Positions 56,748 to 64,000 of a stretch of 64,000 nucleotides of DNA are shown here, piece by piece (position 1 is the stretch's first letter; each line of letters opens with the position of its first letter). The translations under genes and the position numbers were made by a program. The DNA comes from Bacteroidales bacterium (GTDB lineage Bacteria > Bacteroidota > Bacteroidia > Bacteroidales > WCHB1-69): positions 63,311 through 127,310 of the forward strand of contig JAGCGA010000012.1 of NCBI GenBank assembly GCA_017649855.1, read 5' to 3'. The notes under the pieces were generated by a model. The model had not been told where the DNA came from and did not search any database. It saw only the letters and a list, made by a program, of their open reading frames with translations.

Positions 56748-59700
56748 ATGAAAAAATTATTATCAATTTGCTTTTTAAGCATTCTGCTGGCGCTGATGAA
56801 CGTCCCCGTTCACGCGCAAACAACACAATCATGCTGCTTCTGGTTGGAGAATCTTCAACCCCAAACGTTGCATGATATCTCCAACGTTCCTGGTGGTGGC
56901 GCTGCCCATCTGCCTGGCACGGGTGGTGATGTTGTGTTGAACAACACCATGAATCCGGTGTTGCATGGTATCGACCCTGCTACTGGTCAATGCCAACAGG
57001 TGGACTATTACAAGATCCGCTTCGCGAATACTTGTAACCTTCCGGCCAACACGAAAGTGTCCCTGGAATGGAAGCTGTATCGCGATGGACAACTTGTAAA
57101 TGACGACCTCGCTAATTATGCTGACTTCCGTATCTATACCAGATATGGTAGATTGCATAACAGCATGAACCCGATGTCTGCCGGTCAGACCTATTGTGAT
57201 ACCTTAGGTTGGATTGGTGGTCGTGTTAGCGGTCTCGGTACCTGTTTGTATAACACGAGCACGGATCTTTATCCGAACTACCCGAACTACAATGATGTGT
57301 ATTGTGTAGGCGGATATCCTGGTGCTACCGAGGTGGAACCCCTTCCGTTGGATTATGCTAACGAGTCTGCCCAGGCTTGGGGCTATACCTTCTTCAACAA
57401 TGAGATGGGCTTGGATTATTTCAACCTGCCTTTCTTCGAAGCTACTGACCATGTGATTGTGATTTGCTGGAAGCAAGTTGGTAACTACTCTTTGGTTGTC
57501 GGTCTGCGCGAGCGCGTAGGTGGTACTGACTGGGGTTCTCTCTATTGGGATGAGGCACAACAGCACGCCATCGGTGGTCACCAGAGCTGCTGCGGCGCCC
57601 TGCTGGCCCAAGACTCCATCCACTATCTTGTTGAGACGAACTTCAAAAAAGCCGTTTGCGACGGCGAGACCTGGGACTTTGGTAGTCCTATCGCTACTTA
57701 CTCCGTTGAGAATCCTTACCTCGTGATCTTTGGTGACTCTGTATGTGATCACTTCAGAGTTGACAGTTTGGTACATTTGGATTTCTACACTCGTATCAAT
57801 CCTGACATCATCGCTGACGACTTCGAGATTTGCGTCGGTCTTCCTTTGACCTCCGCTGAGGTTCTCACCCACACCCCTGCCGTTCACACCGATGCTCCTG
57901 GTATCATCGACTATGCTATTTGGTGGTCACAGGACGGTACCAACTGGGATACCATCGCCCCCAGCTATGCAGCTGTCGAGGTAGGTACCTATACTTGGTA
58001 TGTGAAACAGATCAACCATTATGACGCCGTTACTCCGGACGATTTCTATTGCGAGGGCGCAGTTGACACCCTGACCATCACGGTGCTTCCGCTCTACCCG
58101 CCGGTAATCGATCCGTTAGTATACAACTTCTGCTATAACGAAATGCCTGCCGTATTCCCGATCCTCTCTGAATATGATGAGCGTGAGGAATGCGCTACCG
58201 GTATTGTATGGCAATTTGGTACGACCAACCTCGACACGATTGCCGATGGCGAGTCCTACCCGGTTGCTATGACCGACTATTTCACCAGCAACGTGAACAA
58301 GACTATCACCTTCAACGTATTCACGACGAACGTATATGCCAACTCCGATCCTACCGTTGTTACGATCGTGTTGCACGCTTCTCCTGAACTCGTGGGTGAC
58401 AACTCCTTGGTTCACGATACCATCTGTCCGCGTGGCGAATCCTTGTTGAAGACTCAATTCACGGATGCCAACATTGCCCAGACCCACAGCACCATCGCTT
58501 ACTACTGGACACTGAATGGCACCGCCATCAATGAGAACACTGCCACCATCACCGGTTATGCTCCGAACGCTTGTACGGGTGACAATACTTATGTTGTGAC
58601 GGCTGTCGCCACTAGCGATGCTGGTTGTACGGACACCTTGATCCGCACTTTCATCCTGACCGCTCAGGATACCAACGCTATCGTGGTTTCCCCGAAACCG
58701 ACTACCCTCACCAACATCACCGTTTCCGGTTGCGACACCACCGCCGTTGCTTTCGTGGATGGCCGTCGTACCTTGGCTGACCTGCAGAACCTCCTCAACA
58801 TTGACGATCACTGCAGCAACCTGGCTATCGTTCATTATACCGCTACCGTTACTCCTGGTCTCTGCGAAACCTATGTGACCAGAACCTACATCCTCGAAGA
58901 TGAGTGCGGTAATGTTTCCAATCCTTATGTTGAGAACTGGACCATCAAGAATGACTACAAACCCGTCGTGGTTGGCAACGTCTTCAATGTTGCTCCTGTA
59001 CCTGTTCAAAACTGTCAGTTCCAAGTTCCTGCTTATGAAGTATTGTTAGCTGCTTTCACTGAGTCCCACACTGTTGCTTTCGAATGCACCGGCACCGAGA
59101 CTCAGAGCATCGCTTTCTATTTGGATGCCAACGCTACCATTTCTGCTCCTGGTCATCTGATTTTCGAAGAGAGCGATACCGCTTATGTATATGCTATCGT
59201 TACCGACAACTGTGGTAACAATTCTTTGAATACGATGGTATTCATCCTGCAACGTCCTCCTCGTATGGTTATCGACGGTGGTGTTTTGGCAGTTCCTGCT
59301 GACATCTGTTTGCATGACACCGTATTCTTGTCTTTCGACACCTCTTTCGTACACAATGCTACTCCGTTAATCGATGGTAATGGCGAAAGCTTCTATCAAC
59401 TTGAGTGGACTGCTCAACCGAACGACGGTAGTATCATCTATCACACCAGTCCTAACGCTTATGGTGTGCCTGCTACGCCTAATACTGATTATGTATATAC
59501 CATTCATGTGACCGACTACTATGGTTGTGTGGATTCCATCAGCGCTGATCCTGTTCATGTACACGGTCTTCCTACCGTTGCTATCGAAGAGATCATCCTC
59601 AATGGTTCTACCTTCCCGTTGTGTCCTAACTATGGTAACTTGACCATCCACTCCATCACCGAACCGGGTAACGGCGGCGAAATCGTTCGTCACATCTGGA

Positions 59701-62700
59701 GCGGTGAGAGTGTGAACCTGCCTCTCGAGCCGAACATGGATACCACCTTCGTGGCCATCCTTCCGGACAGCTGTAACAAGACTTACACTGCTTACCTGAC
59801 CGTTTTCAACGATGACGGTTGTAAAGCTTCCACCTCCTACTCCTTCGACGTTGTGGATAGCATCGCTCCTGTTGTGGGCAACGTGGTTTCTGAGGTTATC
59901 CTCGATCCGGGTGCCAACTGTATGATGACTGTTCCGAACCTGCTTCCTTATTTCAATAATGAGAATGTTACGGATAACTGCTACGGTTTCGGTAACCTGA
60001 CCATCACCCAAAGTGTTGCCGCCGGTTCTCTGATCGCCGTTGCTACTCCTGTCACCATGACCATCACCGACCGTTGTGGTAACTCCACCACTCATGTGAT
60101 CGTTTTGAGATCCAGCGCTCCTCTCACCGTGACCATCACGGCTGACGAACCTGAGATTTGCCAAGGTGAGACTGTTAACTTGACCACCACCGTTGAGAAT
60201 GCTATCGTTCCTGTGATCTACACTTGGAGCACCGCTTCTCACGACGCTGGCATCACCGTTCAACCTACTGAGGCTGCTCATACCTACACGGTGACTGTCC
60301 AAGACAACATCGGTTGTAGCGCTGCTGCTTCTATCGACATTCTCGTTCACCACACTCCGGTGGCCGAAGATGTTACCTTGATCCAAACTGCCAACACCTA
60401 TTGTGAGAATGAAGATGGTATCTATGACGGTACCGTTTCCATCGCCGCTATCCATCCTGACATCGTCGCTTGGAGAATGACAGGTGAGACTACTTGGCAA
60501 AATCTTGACTATGTTTATACCGGCCTGCAAGAGGGTACCTACTGGTTCGACCTCTTGACCAGCTTCGATTGTGAGTCCGCTCACATCGCCAGCGTGGTTG
60601 TGGCTCGCGATACCAATGTGATCGTTCCGATTACTACTACTACTCCGAATGCATGGTGTGTTCCTCCTTATGACGGTTCCATCACCATCACCAATCCTCA
60701 ACTGGGTTACACCTATGAGATCATCAACCTCCCGAACTCCGACGTTCTTTACGAAGGTGGCGACCTCATCTATGACAACTTGATTTATGGTCACTATTCT
60801 ATCCACGTGACTACTGACAAGTATTGTACCTACGTTAAGGAAGACATCATCGTGGACAGCACGAGAGTTTATCCTATCGTTGCCATTTCTACTACGCCGA
60901 AGACCCGTTGCGACGAGCCCGATGGTACTATTACCGTTACCAACGCAATGCCTGGTTATACCTACACTTTGAATGGTACTACCATCGTTGGCGCTCCTGC
61001 CGTTTTCACTGGCTTGAACAATGGCACCTATGCTCTCTTTGCTACGACTGATTTCGGATGTCAGAAGACCTTCGTTGTGACGGTTAACTCCACCACGGAA
61101 GATCCTATCCATCCTGTTGCTGTCTTCACCCCGAACTCTGTTTGTGACGAGGCTATCACCCCGAACGGTTCCGTTGGCATCAACGCTCCGATCGCCGGTT
61201 ATACCTATATTATGAATGACGAGACCGTTGTTTCCGATGGTACTCCTATCGTATTCGACGAACTCGGTATCAATGGTGAGACTGCTTATTACACCTTGAC
61301 GATCATCTCTGAGATCGGTTGTACTTCCGTATTCACCGATTCTATCAAGTTCGTTCCTTTCGAGCCTGTATTCAACAATGAGATCACGCTCACTCCGAAT
61401 GTAAATTGTGCTGGTACTACTCCGAATGGCGCTATCAACATTGCTGCCGAGACGGGTTATACCTATTATACTTATACTCTCGCTGGTAACACTCCGATGT
61501 TGCTCGCCGCTACCTACAACTTGCCTGCTGGCAACTACCGCGTGGTGAAAGTTCATGACGCTACCGGTTGTCAAGTTGACACGATCGTTGAGATCAAGTT
61601 TGTGAAAGCTCCTTACAACTGGGCTGTCACTTTGACTCCGGATCAGAACTGCGACATCGAAGAGGGTAATGGTACCATCACGGTGACCAGCGCTACGAAT
61701 AATTTCGTCTTCTTGTTGACGAATGAAGACCTGGAATTCATTGCTCAGAACACCAATGGCGTTTTCGTTTCCTTGAACAGCGGTGATTATTATCTCGCTG
61801 CCACCAACACCAACACCACTTGTGTTTATGACACTGTGATTACGATTCAAGAGAACTTCGTTTATCCGAATATCACGGTTACCTCTTCTGCTAACCACAA
61901 TTGTAAAGAAGAGAAAGACGGTGTAATCACGGTTACCAATACTGGCAACGCTGTTCTTCCTATCACCTATAACTTGTACGATGAAGAGTTTGAGTTGGTC
62001 GCCTCCAATACCACTGGCATCTTTGCAGGTGTTAACTCCGGTGACTATGTCATCGAGGCTATCAGCGCTATGAATTGTGGCGACGTTGAAGAGCATCATG
62101 TTGTCGACAGCGCTTTCTTGCCTGACCTCGTACATTATTCTACCCCGAACACCATGTGTGCTCCTACCTTCGAGAAACCGGGTAACGGTACTATCGTGGT
62201 AACCGCTCCTATGGATACCAACTACATCTATTACTTCGAGAACAGCAATGAGCCGAACGTTCTGGATACCGTTGGTTACTTCACTCCTGATTCTTATGTG
62301 ATGTACTGGTTGACTCACGACCTCTACACCATCCACGTATATGATCCGCTTACTGGCTGTTCTTTGGAGGATACCGCTTATGTTCCTTATGACACCGTTC
62401 ACATCACCTTCGATCCTGAAGTTATCGACAACGTGAACTGCGAAGGACCTTACACGGGTATTATTATCCTCCACGCTACCAGCGAGAATCCGGATGCTGA
62501 CTTCGTTTACTCTATCGATGGCATCAACTATGGTTCTAACAACATGTTCCAACAGTTGGCCGCTGGTACCTACACCATCTATGTGAAAGACCTTGACCTC
62601 GGTTGTAGCTATGAGGCTGCCAACATTATCGTGGAAGACAGCACCGAGTTCAAACCGATCATCGAGATTGAGGGTAACACGGTTTACTGTCTCAACGCTG

Positions 62701-64000
62701 AGGGTCAGCTGATCGCTTCTGCTACCAGCACGCTTCCTGGTGACACCATCTTCCACTATTCTTGGTACTCTGTATGTACCGGTACTGTGGATGGTCCTGT
62801 CCTTGACATCTACACCGGCCACACCGGCATCTGTACTTATTACATTACGGTTGTGAGCGAACTCACCGGTTGTACGAGCATCGACTCTATCAACGTTGAG
62901 GTTGAGCCGAACCCGACCATCACCTTCCTTGTTAACCAAGAGCCTTACTATGAGGATGAAGTGAACGTTTGTCACAACGACTTCCCGATCAACCTCGGTG
63001 TTGTTCCGGATGGTTTGGTTGCCTTCCAGTGGTCTAACCAAGTGACCGAGTCCAACTTCGACGTAACCCTCCCGAACGGCAACTACTGCTTCTACAAGGT
63101 TACCGTAACGGATGAGTACGGTTGTCAGAATGTTGACTCCATCGGTGTGTTCTCCATGCCGACCTACAAGATCGATCTGATGGATTCCATCTGTATCAAT
63201 GAGATGGATTATCAATTCTACGCTTTCTCTGAGTTGGATTCTGCTTATACTGATACGATTGTTGGTATGCCTGATGACTTCCTTAGCTTCAACGCACAGC
63301 ACTTTACTTGGGTTGACAGCTTGGAGACCATCTACGGTTGCGACAGCGTGGTTTACCACCATGTGACGCTCCAAACCATTCCTGAGGTTACTCCTGTTGA
63401 CTCCCTCGTTACGGATTACTGCCACGGTGAGACCTTCAAGAACTTCACGTTCGACATCGTGGACAACAACTCTCCTGTAACCGCTTCCGGCTGGCGTATC
63501 TACAACCCTGAGACCCAAACTTGGGACGAGTTGGATGTTACGCTTCCTGTTACCTTCGCTATGAATGGTGCCATGGTTATGCCGTACGCTATCAACAATT
63601 GCGGCGAGTCCACCACCGAGCCTCTGACGCTCACCGTTGACTCTCTGCCTGCCGTTGATGAGTTGTTGTTGATGTGTGAAGCTCAACTTGGTTTGATTCC
63701 TCCTGCTATACACATTGGTGTTGGTTATACCTTCTCTCAACATTATGATGGTAATAATGTATCTGTTGAAGGTGGTACTATCGATAATGTACTTTCTTAC
63801 ACTACTGAAGGTTCTGTGTCTAATGGTAGTTATTTATCTCCTAAGTTCTACACAAACGAAGGTAGTACCCTTAGAATTTACAATGGTAATAAATTCACCA
63901 TCTCCGCAAATGAAGGTTATCATGTAACTCGTATTATACTCAATACCTCTAATAATGCTTACATTCCCACTCTGTCTGTTTCTCAGAACGGTGGTGAATT
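56748..64000 (+). CDS. Giant Cys-rich surface protein/adhesin with HYR-like, SprB-like and Ig/PKD-like repeats (>2417 aa, 3' end runs off the window)
   Basis: Absent from the ORF track because it has no stop. ATG 56748 gives MKKLLSICFLSILLALMNVPVHA-QTTQSCCFW. The frame reads open to 64000 with EDECGN/TDNCGN/TDRCGN motifs, C..G.I....GYTY....L..G.Y....GC repeats and GCDSV. Confidence 0.93.
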   Translation, partial: MKKLLSICFLSILLALMNVPVHAQTTQSCCFWLENLQPQTLHDISNVPGGGAAHLPGTGGDVVLNNTMNPVLHGIDPATGQCQQVDYYKIRFANTCNLPANTKVSLEWKLYRDGQLVNDDLANYADFRIYTRYGRLHNSMNPMSAGQTYCDTLGWIGGRVSGLGTCLYNTSTDLYPNYPNYNDVYCVGGYPGATEVEPLPLDYANESAQAWGYTFFNNEMGLDYFNLPFFEATDHVIVICWKQVGNYSLVVGLRERVGGTDWGSLYWDEAQQHAIGGHQSCCGALLAQDSIHYLVETNFKKAVCDGETWDFGSPIATYSVENPYLVIFGDSVCDHFRVDSLVHLDFYTRINPDIIADDFEICVGLPLTSAEVLTHTPAVHTDAPGIIDYAIWWSQDGTNWDTIAPSYAAVEVGTYTWYVKQINHYDAVTPDDFYCEGAVDTLTITVLPLYPPVIDPLVYNFCYNEMPAVFPILSEYDEREECATGIVWQFGTTNLDTIADGESYPVAMTDYFTSNVNKTITFNVFTTNVYANSDPTVVTIVLHASPELVGDNSLVHDTICPRGESLLKTQFTDANIAQTHSTIAYYWTLNGTAINENTATITGYAPNACTGDNTYVVTAVATSDAGCTDTLIRTFILTAQDTNAIVVSPKPTTLTNITVSGCDTTAVAFVDGRRTLADLQNLLNIDDHCSNLAIVHYTATVTPGLCETYVTRTYILEDECGNVSNPYVENWTIKNDYKPVVVGNVFNVAPVPVQNCQFQVPAYEVLLAAFTESHTVAFECTGTETQSIAFYLDANATISAPGHLIFEESDTAYVYAIVTDNCGNNSLNTMVFILQRPPRMVIDGGVLAVPADICLHDTVFLSFDTSFVHNATPLIDGNGESFYQLEWTAQPNDGSIIYHTSPNAYGVPATPNTDYVYTIHVTDYYGCVDSISADPVHVHGLPTVAIEEIILNGSTFPLCPNYGNLTIHSITEPGNGGEIVRHIWSGESVNLPLEPNMDTTFVAILPDSCNKTYTAYLTVFNDDGCKASTSYSFDVVDSIAPVVGNVVSEVILDPGANCMMTVPNLLPYFNNENVTDNCYGFGNLTITQSVAAGSLIAVATPVTMTITDRCGNSTTHVIVLRSSAPLTVTITADEPEICQGETVNLTTTVENAIVPVIYTWSTASHDAGITVQPTEAAHTYTVTVQDNIGCSAAASIDILVHHTPVAEDVTLIQTANTYCENEDGIYDGTVSIAAIHPDIVAWRMTGETTWQNLDYVYTGLQEGTYWFDLLTSFDCESAHIASVVVARDTNVIVPITTTTPNAWCVPPYDGSITITNPQLGYTYEIINLPNSDVLYEGGDLIYDNLIYGHYSIHVTTDKYCTYVKEDIIVDSTRVYPIVAISTTPKTRCDEPDGTITVTNAMPGYTYTLNGTTIVGAPAVFTGLNNGTYALFATTDFGCQKTFVVTVNSTTEDPIHPVAVFTPNSVCDEAITPNGSVGINAPIAGYTYIMNDETVVSDGTPIVFDELGINGETAYYTLTIISEIGCTSVFTDSIKFVPFEPVFNNEITLTPNVNCAGTTPNGAINIAAETGYTYYTYTLAGNTPMLLAATYNLPAGNYRVVKVHDATGCQVDTIVEIKFVKAPYNWAVTLTPDQNCDIEEGNGTITVTSATNNFVFLLTNEDLEFIAQNTNGVFVSLNSGDYYLAATNTNTTCVYDTVITIQENFVYPNITVTSSANHNCKEEKDGVITVTNTGNAVLPITYNLYDEEFELVASNTTGIFAGVNSGDYVIEAISAMNCGDVEEHHVVDSAFLPDLVHYSTPNTMCAPTFEKPGNGTIVVTAPMDTNYIYYFENSNEPNVLDTVGYFTPDSYVMYWLTHDLYTIHVYDPLTGCSLEDTAYVPYDTVHITFDPEVIDNVNCEGPYTGIIILHATSENPDADFVYSIDGINYGSNNMFQQLAAGTYTIYVKDLDLGCSYEAANIIVEDSTEFKPIIEIEGNTVYCLNAEGQLIASATSTLPGDTIFHYSWYSVCTGTVDGPVLDIYTGHTGICTYYITVVSELTGCTSIDSINVEVEPNPTITFLVNQEPYYEDEVNVCHNDFPINLGVVPDGLVAFQWSNQVTESNFDVTLPNGNYCFYKVTVTDEYGCQNVDSIGVFSMPTYKIDLMDSICINEMDYQFYAFSELDSAYTDTIVGMPDDFLSFNAQHFTWVDSLETIYGCDSVVYHHVTLQTIPEVTPVDSLVTDYCHGETFKNFTFDIVDNNSPVTASGWRIYNPETQTWDELDVTLPVTFAMNGAMVMPYAINNCGESTTEPLTLTVDSLPAVDELLLMCEAQLGLIPPAIHIGVGYTFSQHYDGNNVSVEGGTIDNVLSYTTEGSVSNGSYLSPKFYTNEGSTLRIYNGNKFTISANEGYHVTRIILNTSNNAYIPTLSVSQNGGE
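60380..62640 (+). repeat. About nine diverged SprB-like repeats (about 80-90 aa each) in the giant ORF
   Basis: Units begin ANTYC, PNAWC, PKTRC, PNSVC, PNVNC, PDQNC, ANHNC, PNTMC, DNVNC. Each is followed by G-x-I/V and ends in a second Cys. Confidence 0.75.

Noticed and set aside
59367-63743. 1458-aa minus-strand ORF (and 57204, 58116, 59046 minus ORFs)
   Set aside because: These are in-register antisense shadows of the giant + strand gene, caused by avoidance of TTA/CTA/TCA. They show no recognisable motifs or signal.
63690-64000. DGR variable/template repeat as the cause of the AT-rich segment
   Set aside because: No second near-identical copy and no reverse transcriptase in the window; it cannot be supported from the visible sequence.

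Overview
This is a chromosomal window of about 50% GC from a Bacteroidota (Bacteroidales-type) bacterium. The assignment rests on TAnnTTTG -7 promoter boxes, AT-rich Shine-Dalgarno-less start contexts, a murF-alr fusion, type B L31, archaeal/eukaryotic-type ProS and T9SS cargo. Most of it is core genome: anmK (partial), murF, purF, folA, ruvB, recA, ispE, sppA, alr, rpmE2, lon, meaB, udk, proS, mazG, tRNA-Asn and tRNA-Gln, mixed with envelope genes. I saw no transposase, integrase, prophage, CRISPR array or recognisable defence system. The ORF track misses the largest gene: an unclosed + strand ORF starting at 56748 (>2417 aa) that encodes a Cys-rich SprB/HYR/Ig-repeat surface protein. It has extreme codon bias and an abrupt in-frame switch to a 33% GC module near 63700. 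Other leads are several degenerate or orphan proteins (pseudo-zincin/propeller/Omp85 fusion, Cys1-less PurF, MbnP-like lipoprotein without WxW or MbnH, stand-alone Mo-bisPGD-type domain, orphan steroid 5-alpha-reductase), a four-gene envelope operon divergent from proS, and a cluster of palindromic half-sites upstream of recA. All family calls come from motif recognition by eye; no database searches were run.
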